A stretch of DNA of 64,000 nt from Acidimicrobiales bacterium (GCA_965214945.1 OZ244029.1:1420868-1484867); one strand, 5' to 3'; positions 25,033 to 34,640 are shown, counted from the stretch's first letter. The notes: a model not told the origin generated them from the sequence alone. A program made the numbers and translations.

Positions 25033-25662
25033 TCAGAGCATCTCGCCGCGTTTGACTATCACGTGGTCGATGATGCCGTAGTCCTTGGCTTCGGACGCGG
25101 TGAACCATCGGTCCCGGTCCGAGTCGAGTTCGATCTGCTCGACGGTCTGGCCGGTGTGGTGAGCGATGCGCTCCTGCAACAGACGCTTCGTGTAGGCCAT
25201 CTGCTCGGCCTGGATGGCGATGTCGGTCGCCTGGCCTCGCACTCCTCCCAGCGGCTGATGCATCATGATGCGCGCATGCGGGAGGGCGTAGCGCTTGCCT
25301 GGCGCGCCTGCGCACAGCAGGAATTGGCCCATCGAGGCGCCCAGCCCTATGCAGATCGTACCGACCTCGGGTCGGATGAACTGCATCGTGTCGTAGATCG
25401 CCATCCCCGAGGTGACCGAGCCTCCGGGGCTGTTGATGTAGAGCCAGATCGGCCTGGAAGTGTCCTGGCCCTCCAGATACAGGAGCTGGGCCATGATGAA
25501 ATTAGCGATTTCGTCGTTCACGTCGGAGCCCAGCACGACGATGCGGTCTTGCAGCAGCCGGTTGTAGACCTCGCCCTGGGGGTTGCCGAGTTGCGACGGC
25601 GATTGCAGCAGCCGCGGCGGCGCGCCAGGGGCCGAGCCGGGAGGCGGGACGCTCGCCGTCAT
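25033..25662 (-). CDS. clpP: ATP-dependent Clp protease proteolytic subunit
   Basis: 209 aa. The catalytic triad context is intact (GASMG Ser, MMHQP His, DSDRD Asp) and there is a Pro/Gly-rich N-terminal extension. No clpX or second clpP gene is adjacent. Confidence 0.9.
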   Translation of the reverse strand: MTASVPPPGSAPGAPPRLLQSPSQLGNPQGEVYNRLLQDRIVVLGSDVNDEIANFIMAQLLYLEGQDTSRPIWLYINSPGGSVTSGMAIYDTMQFIRPEVGTICIGLGASMGQFLLCAGAPGKRYALPHARIMMHQPLGGVRGQATDIAIQAEQMAYTKRLLQERIAHHTGQTVEQIELDSDRDRWFTASEAKDYGIIDHVIVKRGEML

Positions 25663-25713
25663 GAAACCCAGGCTAGCGCTGAGGTGATCGGGCCGCGGTA
25701 GGCTCTGGCGCCC

Positions 25714-25798
25714 GCGGACGTGGCGGAACCTGGCAGACGCGCTGGGCTTAGGACCCAGTGCCCGCGAGGGCGTGGGGGTTCGAATCCCCCCGTCCGCA
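25714..25798 (+). tRNA. tRNA-Leu (anticodon UAG)
   Basis: Manual cloverleaf. The acceptor stem is GCGGACG/CGTCCGC with discriminator A. The anticodon stem is CTGGG/CCCAG with loop CTTAGGA. There is a long class II variable arm and a T-arm GGGGG-TTCGAAT-CCCCC. CCA is not encoded. Confidence 0.9.
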
Positions 25799-25802
25799 CC
25801 CT

Positions 25803-26390
25803 TCAGGCCCCCTCGGCGAGCCGACGCACCAAAGCGCGCAGAGCCTGGCCGCGATGGCTAAAAGCGTGCTTCTCCGCGCTGGACATGTCCGCGAAGGTGC
25901 GGCCACGGCCGCCGTCGGGCACGAACACCGAGTCGTATCCGAAACCGCCGGTGCCGCTCGGCTCAAGTGCTATCCGGCCCTCAGCGCGGCCTTCGCAGAC
26001 GATTTCTGAGCCGTCGGGCCGACACAACACGGCCACGGTGCGGAAGCGGGCGCGGCGCTCTGGCATGGCCACACCGCGGAGCTCGAACAACAGCCGGGCA
26101 GTGTTCTCGGCGTAGGTCGCCAAGGGGCCGGCGTAGCGCGCCGACAGCACTCCAGGGGCGCCGCCGAGAGCGTCTACCTCAAGTCCGGTGTCGTCCGCGA
26201 GCGACGGCTTCGAGGCGTGGCGGCACACTGCCCGGGCCTTGAGGCGGGCGTTCCCCTCCAAGTCTGCAGCGTCCTCGGCTACGTCGCCCAGGTGCTCGGG
26301 ACGCGGCAACAGTACCGCGATGCCGCTCAGCACCGCGGCCATCTCAGCGGCTTTGTAGGGATTCGCAGTGGCGCAGACCAGCTCGATCAT
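25803..26390 (-). CDS. rdgB: Non-canonical purine NTP pyrophosphatase (RdgB/HAM1 family)
   Basis: 195 aa. Blocks [26 protein letters not shown] and GGFGYDSVF. Overlaps the rph stop by 4 nt. Confidence 0.88.
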   Translation of the reverse strand: MIELVCATANPYKAAEMAAVLSGIAVLLPRPEHLGDVAEDAADLEGNARLKARAVCRHASKPSLADDTGLEVDALGGAPGVLSARYAGPLATYAENTARLLFELRGVAMPERRARFRTVAVLCRPDGSEIVCEGRAEGRIALEPSGTGGFGYDSVFVPDGGRGRTFADMSSAEKHAFSHRGQALRALVRRLAEGA

Positions 26391-27133
26391 CTCGGCGGCG
26401 GAGGCGGCGTCAACACAGCCCGCTGCGCGGCGAGGATCTCATCGATGCCCGCAGCTGCCAGGTCAAGCAGCTCGTCGAGCCGCGCCCTGCCGAAGGGGTG
26501 CCGCTCGGCGCATCCCTGCACCTCCACGAACTCGCCCGAGCCGGTCATCACGACGTTGAGATCGACATCGGCCGAGGCGTCCTCGGCGTACGGCAGGTCC
26601 AGGCGCGACTCTCCGTCCACGATCCCTACGCTCACAGCGGCGCATAGGTCGACAACGGGGTGAGGGGCCTCAGGCAATGTGCCGGCGATAATGAGCCGGG
26701 TCACGGCATCATGCAATGCGATGTAGCCGCCGCAGATCGAAGCGGTTCGGGTTCCTCCGTCAGCTTGCAGCACGTCGCAGTCGACAGTGATCTGGCGCTC
26801 GCCGAGAGCTTTCAGGTCGGTGACGGCGCGAAGCGACCGCCCGATGAGGCGCTGGATCTCCTTCACCCGCCCGCCGGCGCGGCGCGACACCCTTTCAGGC
26901 GACGACCCCGGCAGCATCGAGTACTCCGCCGTCACCCAGCCGGACTCGGTCTTGCGCAGCCATCTGGGGACGTCGCCACCCACCGAAGCGGTGCACAGCA
27001 CGCGTGTGCGGCCGAACACGGCTAAGGCCGAACCGTTGGCCATCGTCGTGTAATCGCGAATGAAGTCCACTCTCCTGAGCTGGTCGCGCGACCTCCCGTC
27101 AGCGCGGCGGCCGTCGGCCGAACCGCCGGTCAC
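26387..27133 (-). CDS. rph: Ribonuclease PH
   Basis: 248 aa. Blocks [43 protein letters not shown]. Confidence 0.93.
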   Translation of the reverse strand: MTGGSADGRRADGRSRDQLRRVDFIRDYTTMANGSALAVFGRTRVLCTASVGGDVPRWLRKTESGWVTAEYSMLPGSSPERVSRRAGGRVKEIQRLIGRSLRAVTDLKALGERQITVDCDVLQADGGTRTASICGGYIALHDAVTRLIIAGTLPEAPHPVVDLCAAVSVGIVDGESRLDLPYAEDASADVDLNVVMTGSGEFVEVQGCAERHPFGRARLDELLDLAAAGIDEILAAQRAVLTPPPPPR

Positions 27134-27161
27134 TTCGGGCGTCCGGCCGGGCCGTCGTCGT

Positions 27162-27914
27162 TCATACGCAGAACACCATGCCGGGCTCGGCCACCTCCAC
27201 CGTTCCGGTGAAAACGTCGAGGGCCTCGGCGCGCTGAGCCGAGCGGTCGCACCCGGGCGCCAGGTGAGTCAGCACCAACCGCGCAATGCCTGCGACGGCG
27301 GCAGCACGCGCTGCCTGGCGGGCGCTCATGTGCGGGATTCCACAGCCCTCGTACTTTTTGCCGTGGCTCGCGTCGCACATAGCAACGTCTATATCCGCGC
27401 CGAGCGAGCGGAAGTCCCAGCCGGGCCCGGTGTCGGAGCTGAAGGCGAACGAGCGTCCCGCAGAATCGACCCGAACCGCCAGAGTCTCAACGGGATGGTC
27501 TGTGACAGCGAAGCTCCAGCGCTGATCGCCTATGACCACCAGGGAGCTGGCATCTACGACTGTCCAATCCAGCGGGTCAACACGCTCATAGGGTCTAGTC
27601 GACAGCGCCCTGTCCATGGCGCGCGTCTCAGCGGTGCCATATACGGGCACACCGCTGCGGGGGTGGAACCAGGTGAACACGTTTCGGATTACCGGTAGCT
27701 CCAACCAGTGGTCGGGATGGCAGTGAGTCATGACGATGGCGCTGAGGTCGTCGAGCCGAAGCGACTCTTGCAGCGGTCCTAGCGAGCCCGGGCCGCAGTC
27801 GAGCAGCACCGACGCGGCTGGAGATCTCACGAGATAGCTCGTACAGGGATTGCCGGGAGCGGCATATGAGCCGCTGCATCCCAAGACCTTCACCGATAAC
27901 GAGGTCACGGGCAA
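27162..27914 (-). CDS. MBL-fold metallo-hydrolase
   Basis: 250 aa with an HCHPDH metal-binding motif. Its position next to rph-rdgB matches the conserved actinobacterial neighbourhood (M. tuberculosis Rv1339-Rv1341, from memory). Confidence 0.75.
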   Translation of the reverse strand: MPVTSLSVKVLGCSGSYAAPGNPCTSYLVRSPAASVLLDCGPGSLGPLQESLRLDDLSAIVMTHCHPDHWLELPVIRNVFTWFHPRSGVPVYGTAETRAMDRALSTRPYERVDPLDWTVVDASSLVVIGDQRWSFAVTDHPVETLAVRVDSAGRSFAFSSDTGPGWDFRSLGADIDVAMCDASHGKKYEGCGIPHMSARQAARAAAVAGIARLVLTHLAPGCDRSAQRAEALDVFTGTVEVAEPGMVFCV

Positions 27915-27962
27915 ATCCGGAGGCGGCGCAAAGGACGGTTATCGACACCGAGTTGCTGTTGG

Positions 27963-28124
27963 TCAGCGGGTCTCTTTGAACTCCACGTGCTTGCGGATGA
28001 CGGGATCGTACTTCTTGAGGGTGATGCGCTCGCGGGTGTTGGTCTTGTTCTTGGTAGTGACGTAGGTGTACCCCGTGCCCGCAGTGGAGCGAAGCTTGAT
28101 AATGGGGCGCTTGTCGCTTGCCAT
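27963..28124 (-). CDS. rpmG: 50S ribosomal protein L33 (Cys-less form)
   Basis: 53 aa from the internal ATG at 28124: [53 protein letters not shown]. The ORF track's longer 105-aa version is an upstream extension. Confidence 0.92.
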   Translation of the reverse strand: MASDKRPIIKLRSTAGTGYTYVTTKNKTNTRERITLKKYDPVIRKHVEFKETR

Positions 28125-28177
28125 TGACTCTCCTGTCAGTGCTCGTGTTGCGTGTAAGTGCTGATGCGCGCTTGGCG

Positions 28178-28414
28178 TCAGACCTTTTTGCCATTGCGGC
28201 GCATCTCGGCCACCACGCTTTCTATGCCGCGCTTGTCGATCGTCTTGATGGCCCTGGCGCTCAGACGCAGTTTGATCCACCGCTTCTCGGAGGGCAGGTA
28301 GTAACGCTTGGTCTGAATGTTGGGATCCCAGCGGCGGCTCGAGCGCCGATGCGAGTGGGACAGCTGCTTTCCGAAGCTAGGGCGCTTGCCTGTGACGTCA
28401 CAGACTTTCGACAT
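28178..28414 (-). CDS. rpmB: 50S ribosomal protein L28
   Basis: 78 aa: [34 protein letters not shown]... A GGAG Shine-Dalgarno sequence lies a few nt upstream of the ATG. Confidence 0.92.
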   Translation of the reverse strand: MSKVCDVTGKRPSFGKQLSHSHRRSSRRWDPNIQTKRYYLPSEKRWIKLRLSARAIKTIDKRGIESVVAEMRRNGKKV

Positions 28415-28605
28415 GGCGAGACTCCAATTGTGCGAAAGGCCGCCGATCTGAAGACCGGCCGGTCCGGCGCGCCGAGCCGCGTTCGCAGGGTGCGACCCGC
28501 TGACGCGAGCCGCACGCTACAGGCGGTGCGCCAGCTTTCCTCACAGAATGCGTGCGGGGCGGCACGGCGCCGGTGCTTGTGACGCAGCCCGGACTCTGCG
28601 AGCTG

Positions 28606-29553
28606 TCAGAAGTAGATAATCTCGCAGGCTCGCTCGGCCGCAGCGCCGAGGTCGCCGGTCCATGCACCGCTCGAGAGGTATTTCCAGCCGCCGTCACTCA
28701 CCACGAACACGATCGTCCCAGAGGAGATGCTCCTGGCGACCCGCACGGCACCGGCCAGCGCCGCTCCCGAGGACAGCCCCGCGAACACGCCTGCGGATGC
28801 CAGCCTGCGGGTCTGCTCGATCGACTCGCGCGCCCGAACTATGCGCTTGCCGTCGAGAAGGTCGCGTCCGCCCCACTTCTCATACACCGGCGGAATGAAG
28901 CCGTCGTCGAGATTGCGCAGACCGTCGACCATCTCGCCGGCGGGCGGCTCCACCGCGTAGACCTTGATGTGGGGGTGCTGCTCTTTGAGGTAGGTGCCGA
29001 CTCCCATCAGTGTGCCGCTGGTGCCCAGCCCGGCCACGAAATGCGTGACGTCGGGCACGTCGCGCAGGATCTCCGGGCCGGTGGTCTCATAGTGCGCACG
29101 CGGGTTCGCCTCGTTGGCGTACTGGTACAAGAAGACCATCTCGGGACGTTCTAGGGCCAGAGCGCGAGCGTGCCGCACAGCGCCGTTGGAGCCTTCGGAC
29201 GCCGGTGTCATAAGGACCTCCGCGCCGAACACCTCCAGCATCCTGCGTCGTTCGTCTGAGACGTTCTCGGGCATCACAACTGTGATCTCGTAGCCGCGCA
29301 TGCGCGCGATCATCGCCAAGGCGATGCCGGTGTTGCCCGAGGAGGGCTCCAGGATCCGCCTTCCGGGGGTGAGCGTGCCGTCAGCTTCCGCATCGAGGAT
29401 CATCGCTTTGGCGATGCGGTCTTTGACGGAGCCTGCGGGGTTATAGCTCTCGAGCTTGGCTACCAGGCGGACCTGCCGGTTCGGGCTGAGTTCCGACACG
29501 TCGACCGCTGGTGTGTTGCCGATCAGATCGAGCATGTCGCCGTGGACTGTCAT
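28606..29553 (-). CDS. cysM: PLP-dependent cysteine synthase, CysM (O-phosphoserine sulfhydrylase) type
   Basis: 315 aa. It has the PLP lysine block NPAGSVKDRIA, SSGNTGIALA, GLGTSGTLMG and a C-terminal GGWKYLSSGAW tail, as in mycobacterial CysM. Confidence 0.85.
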   Translation of the reverse strand: MTVHGDMLDLIGNTPAVDVSELSPNRQVRLVAKLESYNPAGSVKDRIAKAMILDAEADGTLTPGRRILEPSSGNTGIALAMIARMRGYEITVVMPENVSDERRRMLEVFGAEVLMTPASEGSNGAVRHARALALERPEMVFLYQYANEANPRAHYETTGPEILRDVPDVTHFVAGLGTSGTLMGVGTYLKEQHPHIKVYAVEPPAGEMVDGLRNLDDGFIPPVYEKWGGRDLLDGKRIVRARESIEQTRRLASAGVFAGLSSGAALAGAVRVARSISSGTIVFVVSDGGWKYLSSGAWTGDLGAAAERACEIIYF

Positions 29554-29625
29554 CTCTCACCTCTGCGGCTTGGGCCGGGATGCCGCTTTAGCGAGGCGCT
29601 CATGTACTGTGCTCACAGCGCATGG

Positions 29626-31113
29626 CTAATCCCGAGTTGTCTTGTCAGGATTATAGTGGCGGGCCAGCGCCAGCGCAGCCGGCACGGCCATGGCGCAGAT
29701 CACCGCGGTGACGCCGAGCGCCAAGGCGTATGCGGACGCTAGAGCCTCGGTCGTCGCCGGGTTGAGCGCGCCGCTGTCACTGAGCAGGTCGCGGACGGCT
29801 TCAACGTCGCCCGTCCGGAGGTCGACTGCGGTGAATATCACCATCGCGGCGACCGCCGGGCCATAGGTGAAGCCGAGCGATCGCACGAACTGATGCGCGG
29901 AGCTGAGACGGCCCATCTCACGGTCGTCGGTCTGCTGCTGCAGTAGCGAAAGGCACGACGTGGTGACGGCGCCTACACCCCAGCCCATGCTGAAGAAGGC
30001 AGCAAACAGCAGCGGTAGCGGCGAGCGGTATTGGGCCGTAACGGTGGCCGCCGCGCTGCCGAAGGTGAGGATCCCAGTGCCCATGAGCACCACTGTCTGC
30101 GGGTGTAGGTGCTCTTGAAGCTTGCTCGACACCCAAGCCGATATCGACCAGCCCAGCGTGGGCCATAGCACCGAGAAGGCCGCGGCCGCCACCGACGCGC
30201 CCCGCGCGCCCCGCAGGTATAGAGCCAGAAACGCGCTCGCCCCGATTCCGCCGGTCACGGTGAGAGCGGCTGTGGCGTGGATTGGCCACCAGCGCCGCCC
30301 GAGGAGATGGGCCAGCCGCAGCACCGGCCACGGATGGCCGCTGGCGTGACGAGAGTACGCCGCCGACATCAGGCCTCCTGCTGCCAACAGCGCCAGGCTC
30401 AGCGCCCCGCCGCGTCCCAGCGGTGCGAGGTTCCAGAGCTGCGAACCGGACACGGCGAGAAGCAACGCCGCGGTGACTCCGGTCATCAGCAGAAGCCCGA
30501 GGCGATCGAGAGGCTCCTGCGCGGTGTGCGCGGGTTCTGATGGCAAACCGGACCAACCGATCGCCGCCGCGGCCGCCGCCACCGGCAGGTTCACGGTGAA
30601 GACCGCCCGCCAGCCGAGCGTGCTCACCAGCACGGCTGCGATGGCCGGGCTGCCGATGCCCATGAGCCCCCACACCGAGGACACCAGCGCGTAGGCCCGC
30701 GGCAGCAGTGCGCTGTTGTACACCAGCCCGATGCAGGTGATGGCGGTGCCGATCAGAGCGCCGGTGCCGAGCCCCTGAAACAGGCGCGCTACCACCAGCA
30801 GCTCCATGCTGGGCGCTGCTGCGCACAGACCTGACGTGAGCGCCGTGGCCACGATGGTGAGCCTGAAAGCGCGCCGGGCACCGGTGCTGTCGATGAAGGG
30901 CCCGACCGCGAGCACCGCGATGGCACCAGCCAGTAGCTCCACGGTTATCACCCAGCCGAGCAGCGACACTCGGCCGAGGTCGCGTCCAATGTCCGGCTGA
31001 GCTGCTGTCACGGCCAGGTTGTTGTAGGACGCCAGCGCGATTGCCGCCATCAGAGCCGTAGTCACCGTCCGGTGCGCCGGCGCGAACAGGCCGACAGCGG
31101 CGGCTCGAATCAC
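29626..31113 (-). CDS. MFS transporter (14-TM, drug:H+ antiporter-like)
   Basis: 495-aa highly hydrophobic protein with about 14 predicted helices and MFS-like loop motifs. Substrate unknown. Confidence 0.7.
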   Translation of the reverse strand: MIRAAAVGLFAPAHRTVTTALMAAIALASYNNLAVTAAQPDIGRDLGRVSLLGWVITVELLAGAIAVLAVGPFIDSTGARRAFRLTIVATALTSGLCAAAPSMELLVVARLFQGLGTGALIGTAITCIGLVYNSALLPRAYALVSSVWGLMGIGSPAIAAVLVSTLGWRAVFTVNLPVAAAAAAIGWSGLPSEPAHTAQEPLDRLGLLLMTGVTAALLLAVSGSQLWNLAPLGRGGALSLALLAAGGLMSAAYSRHASGHPWPVLRLAHLLGRRWWPIHATAALTVTGGIGASAFLALYLRGARGASVAAAAFSVLWPTLGWSISAWVSSKLQEHLHPQTVVLMGTGILTFGSAAATVTAQYRSPLPLLFAAFFSMGWGVGAVTTSCLSLLQQQTDDREMGRLSSAHQFVRSLGFTYGPAVAAMVIFTAVDLRTGDVEAVRDLLSDSGALNPATTEALASAYALALGVTAVICAMAVPAALALARHYNPDKTTRD

Positions 31114-31203
31114 TGCCGCGACGCTAGCGCAGCACCTTTAGAGCACGCGGGCCTCCAAACGGTCGCTCCGCAGCCTCCTGGCGCGAGCCTGTAGAAATAG
31201 GCT

Positions 31204-32091
31204 GTGAGCGAACTCGATGGCCGTGAGCCAGTCACGCTCAGCCCGCGTTCCGTTGACGGCGTGAGACTGGCTCTTAGACTGCTGGGCGGCAGCGGCCCTG
31301 ACCTGCTGATCTGCCATGCCACGGGGTTTCACGGGCGCGCCTACACGCCGTTGGCGGACGCTCTGAGTGGTCGTTTCCGGGTGTGGGCGTTGGACTTCCG
31401 GGGCCATGGCTCGTCCGCGCCCTCCCCGGCGGGGGAATACGGCTGGACGGCGATGAGCCAGGACGCGGCAGCCTGCGCCGCGGCCATCGGCACCGACCGG
31501 CTCTACGGGTTCGGCCATTCCATGGGCGGTGCAGCGCTGCTGGAGGCCGAGCGCGATCGGCCCGGCACGTTCTGCGGCCTGTTCCTGTATGAGCCCGTCG
31601 TGTTTCCGCCCGGTTGGTTCGCCCGCGGCAGTGCCAACCCGCTGGCTGACGCGGCCCGCAGGCGCCGTGAGATCTTCGACAGCCGGCGCGCCGCGGCTGA
31701 GCGGTACGCCGCGGGCGGCCCGCTGAGCGTGCTGCGAGCCGACGCCCTCGTCGCCTACACAGAGTACGGCTTCCACGACCTCAGCGACGGCCGGGTGCGC
31801 CTAGCGTGCCGCGCAGAGATTGAAGCCCGCACGTTCGAGGGCTCCGGGAGCATCACGCTGGACAGCGTCGACACCGTCGGCACGCGAGTCTCGGTGGCCG
31901 CCGGCTCGGAGCAGGACGCGGCCGGATCCTTCCACTCGGCGCCGGCTAGGTTCGCTCCGCTGCTCGCAGAGGCGCTCCCGCAGGGCCGCTTCTCGGTATG
32001 CCGCGGCTTGGGCCATCTCGGGCCGCTGGAGGCGCCCGGCGCGGTGGCGGCCCACGCAGCGGCTGAACTTCTGGCCGACACAACACCGTAG
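31204..32091 (+). CDS. Alpha/beta-fold hydrolase
   Basis: 295 aa with a nucleophile elbow GHSMGG and an HG oxyanion region (CHATGFHG). Confidence 0.7.
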   Translation: MSELDGREPVTLSPRSVDGVRLALRLLGGSGPDLLICHATGFHGRAYTPLADALSGRFRVWALDFRGHGSSAPSPAGEYGWTAMSQDAAACAAAIGTDRLYGFGHSMGGAALLEAERDRPGTFCGLFLYEPVVFPPGWFARGSANPLADAARRRREIFDSRRAAAERYAAGGPLSVLRADALVAYTEYGFHDLSDGRVRLACRAEIEARTFEGSGSITLDSVDTVGTRVSVAAGSEQDAAGSFHSAPARFAPLLAEALPQGRFSVCRGLGHLGPLEAPGAVAAHAAAELLADTTP

Positions 32092-32122
32092 GCGGCGTCG
32101 GAAAGGCCTTCGGAGATCAGCG

Positions 32123-32563
32123 ATGCGTGAGGGAGTGCTCGAGATAACCAAAGGCACCCATGCGGCGATGGTGGCGCACGCTCTGGCGGGATTACCCGAC
32201 GAAGCCTGCGGGCTGATCGTGGGAAGGCCCGGCAGCGCGCGCGTCGTGCGCTTCTTCGGAATGCGAAACGCCGCAGCATCGGCTCGCCTGTATCGCCTCG
32301 ACGGCCTTGAGATGATGCAGGTGGAGCGCAGCGCAGAGGCCGCGGGACTGCAGGTAATAGGAGTCATGCACTCTCACACACACTCCATGAACTACCCCTC
32401 CCCGACCGATGTTGCCGACGCAGCTCGCTTCGACCCGTTCGGGATGTGGCATTTCGTGATCGTGTCGCTGAAGCACGCCGAACCGTCCTTGCGTTCGTTT
32501 CGCATCCTGGGTGCGAAGATCACTGAGACGCCCGTGGTCGTCGTCCCCCAAGCAACGGGCTGA
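32123..32563 (+). CDS. mec: JAMM/MPN+ metalloprotease (Mec-like, CysO/ThiS-type carrier deconjugase)
   Basis: 146 aa from the ATG at 32123. The ORF track's 31820 start is antisense read-through of the hydrolase gene. JAMM motif E(ACG)...HSHTHSMNYPSPTD. Confidence 0.8.
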   Translation: MREGVLEITKGTHAAMVAHALAGLPDEACGLIVGRPGSARVVRFFGMRNAAASARLYRLDGLEMMQVERSAEAAGLQVIGVMHSHTHSMNYPSPTDVADAARFDPFGMWHFVIVSLKHAEPSLRSFRILGAKITETPVVVVPQATG

Positions 32564-32591
32564 GCACGGGCCGCGTCGTTATCGTTGCTCA

Positions 32592-33098
32592 GTGGCCCGC
32601 TCGCAGAAGCCCCGATACATTCCGCCGGGAGCTCAGATCGTGGCGCGCAACCGCCGCGCTCACCGCGACTATGAGGTGCTGGAGACGCTGGAGGCCGGCG
32701 TCGTCCTGCAAGGCAGTGAGGTGAAGTCGCTGAGGCAGGGCAAGGCGCAGTTGTCACAGGGCTGGGCTGGTGTCTACGACGGCGAGCTGTGGCTGCACAA
32801 CCTGCACATCCCGCCGTACTCCCGCCAAGGCAAGGCGTATGCGCCCGACCCGAACAGGGTGCGCAAACTTCTGGCACATCGCCGGGAGATCACCAGGCTC
32901 GATCTGCGGGTGCAGCGCGAGGGCTTGACGCTGGTGCCCTTGGCACTCTATTTCGTGGATTCCCGGGCCAAGGTAGCCCTGGCCCTCGCACGGGGCCGCA
33001 GCCGCCTCGACAGGCGCCAGATGATCGCGGAACGCGACGCGCAGCGGGAGGCGGCAAGAGCCCTGTCCGGTCGACGAGTTCGCCGCGCTCCGCGATGA
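32592..33098 (+). CDS. smpB: SsrA-binding protein
   Basis: Blocks IVARNRRAHRDYEVLETLEAGVVLQGSEVKSLR and NRVRKLLAHRREI. A GTG at 32592 is proposed as the start. The track start at 32511 would overlap mec. Confidence 0.9.
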   Translation: MARSQKPRYIPPGAQIVARNRRAHRDYEVLETLEAGVVLQGSEVKSLRQGKAQLSQGWAGVYDGELWLHNLHIPPYSRQGKAYAPDPNRVRKLLAHRREITRLDLRVQREGLTLVPLALYFVDSRAKVALALARGRSRLDRRQMIAERDAQREAARALSGRRVRRAPR

Positions 33099-33173
33099 GG
33101 CACTGCCACTGAACGCAGGGATGGCAGCACAAGCCGTCGTCGTGGTGCGGGCGGTGTCGAGCACGCTGCGCTG

Positions 33174-33803
33174 TTGGGTGTTGAAGTCGTGACGTCGGAG
33201 GTCTTTGCCGTCGTCGTGGTGATTGTCGCCAACGCCTTGACATTCACAATGCTGCTGCCGCAGGTTGGGCGCCTGCTGCAGACAGGCCTCATCGAGGGAG
33301 TGTCAGCGGTGTGGGCTGCAACGGGCACGGTGATCAACGTCGGCTGGCTCGCCTACGTCCTGCATGCGGCGGTGTGGTTGGCGATCCCGTCGATCGCTGC
33401 AGCTGTGCTCAGCTACTCGCTGACGCTCTACCTGCTGTTCCGCAACGGCGCGGATGTTCGCATCGGCCTCGTCACGGCAGCGCTTCTGGCCGCGGCGTTC
33501 GTCGTGGTGCAGGCCGTCGCGGGCTGGACGCTGTTGGGGACCGCGCTGGCGGTGGCGAACGGCGTCCAATTCGCGCCGTCGGTGCGAGCGGCTTGGCACG
33601 CGCAAACGCCGGCTGGAGTGTCGCCGCTCACCTGGCTGATCACTGAGGCTGAGGCGGTGCTGTGGGCGCTCTACGGCGTTCTGATCGCCGATGTGCCAAT
33701 CGTGCTGTTTGGCGTGACGGCCTCGGCCGCGGCGACGGCCATCCTCTTCAGGCTGTGGCTCACACGAGACCGCGTCCGCGCCGCGCGGCAAGCGGCGCTG
33801 TGA
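33174..33803 (+). CDS. 7-TM membrane protein with two PQ-loop-like repeats (SWEET/PQ-loop superfamily candidate)
   Basis: 209 aa with seven hydrophobic segments arranged 3+1+3. The first repeat carries LLPQVGRLLQTG (PQ motif). The second repeat has FAPSVRAAW at the equivalent position. Confidence 0.5.
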   Translation: MGVEVVTSEVFAVVVVIVANALTFTMLLPQVGRLLQTGLIEGVSAVWAATGTVINVGWLAYVLHAAVWLAIPSIAAAVLSYSLTLYLLFRNGADVRIGLVTAALLAAAFVVVQAVAGWTLLGTALAVANGVQFAPSVRAAWHAQTPAGVSPLTWLITEAEAVLWALYGVLIADVPIVLFGVTASAAATAILFRLWLTRDRVRAARQAAL

Positions 33804-33815
33804 CAGCTGGCGCGC

Positions 33816-34640
33816 TCATCGGCCAGGATGCGTCCGGGCAATTCGGGCGCTGGCGGTGGGCCGGGCGGCGGGCAGGGTGTGGGCCACAGGGCCCGCCCCC
33901 TCGACGGGCCAGGACGCCGATGCCGCAATCGCCGCGTGGGCGAACCGGCTTGAGTCGTCGACCGCTTCGCGGAGGCTGCGCCCCAGCGCCAGTCCGCTGG
34001 CCAGCGCCGCTGAGAACGTGCAGCCGCTGCCGCGCACGTTGGCGGTGGGAACTCGCCGGCCAGGCACGGCCCATGCGTCGTCAGCAGTTATCACGACGTC
34101 GTCGGGCGGGCCGTCGAAACCTCCTCCGGTGACAATCACGGCGGCGGCACCCAGCTGCCGCATCGCATCTGCCCGACGCAGCACCGCCTCGGCATCAGGC
34201 AACTCGACACCGGTCAGCAGCTCCGCTTCAGCCCGGTTGGGGGTGATCGCTGCGGCAAGCGGGAACAGTCGACGACGATATGCCCCCACCACCTCGGAGG
34301 CGACGAATAGCACACCGCAGCCGTCGACCATCACCGGGTCGACAACCGGCGCGGGCAGCGTTGCGTCGTCGACCAGAGAAGCCACCAGGTCAATAGCGCA
34401 GACGCGCTGAAGCAGGCCTGTCTTGACTGCTGCGGGCTCGAACCCCGCAGCGGAGCACGCCGAGCGGATCTGCTCGCGCAGCATCTCGGCGCTGACCGGC
34501 TCGACAGCGGTGACCTCGGCCAGCGTCTGCGCGGTGATCGCGGTGATCGCGGTGGTGCCGTGAACACCGAACGCGGCGAACGTCGCCAGGTCGGCTTGCA
34601 AACCGGCGCCGCCCAACGGGTCAGAGGCTGCGATCGTCAT
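33816..34640 (-). CDS. thiD: Hydroxymethylpyrimidine/phosphomethylpyrimidine kinase
   Basis: Blocks IAASDPLGGAGLQADL, ITPNRAEAELL, VIVTGG and GSGCTFSAALA. The ATG at 34640 (MTIAASD) is preferred over the track start at 34685. Confidence 0.88.
   Translation of the reverse strand: MTIAASDPLGGAGLQADLATFAAFGVHGTTAITAITAQTLAEVTAVEPVSAEMLREQIRSACSAAGFEPAAVKTGLLQRVCAIDLVASLVDDATLPAPVVDPVMVDGCGVLFVASEVVGAYRRRLFPLAAAITPNRAEAELLTGVELPDAEAVLRRADAMRQLGAAAVIVTGGGFDGPPDDVVITADDAWAVPGRRVPTANVRGSGCTFSAALASGLALGRSLREAVDDSSRFAHAAIAASASWPVEGAGPVAHTLPAARPTASARIARTHPGR

Noticed and set aside
28415-28605. Zur box controlling the Cys-less rpmB-rpmG pair
   Set aside because: The region is GC-rich and has no AT-rich palindrome of the Zur type. 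It is mentioned only as an open question in the findings.
31820-32122. Long N-terminal extensions of mec, trpA (to 39605), hisA (to 55028), trpC (to 42198), smpB (32511), alkB (35486), menG (60708), mshD (59074) and PP2C (23224) as given by the longest-ORF track
   Set aside because: The extensions overlap upstream genes or antisense coding sequence. They are Arg-rich and low in complexity. Conserved family N-termini begin at internal ATG or GTG codons, several of which form stop/start overlaps.
33099-33803. tmRNA (ssrA) gene downstream of smpB
   Set aside because: There is no GGGGCUGA-type 5' end and no tRNA-Ala-like 3' end (GGTTCGAATCC...CCACCA). The region is occupied by a hydrophobic protein-coding ORF with good codon bias.
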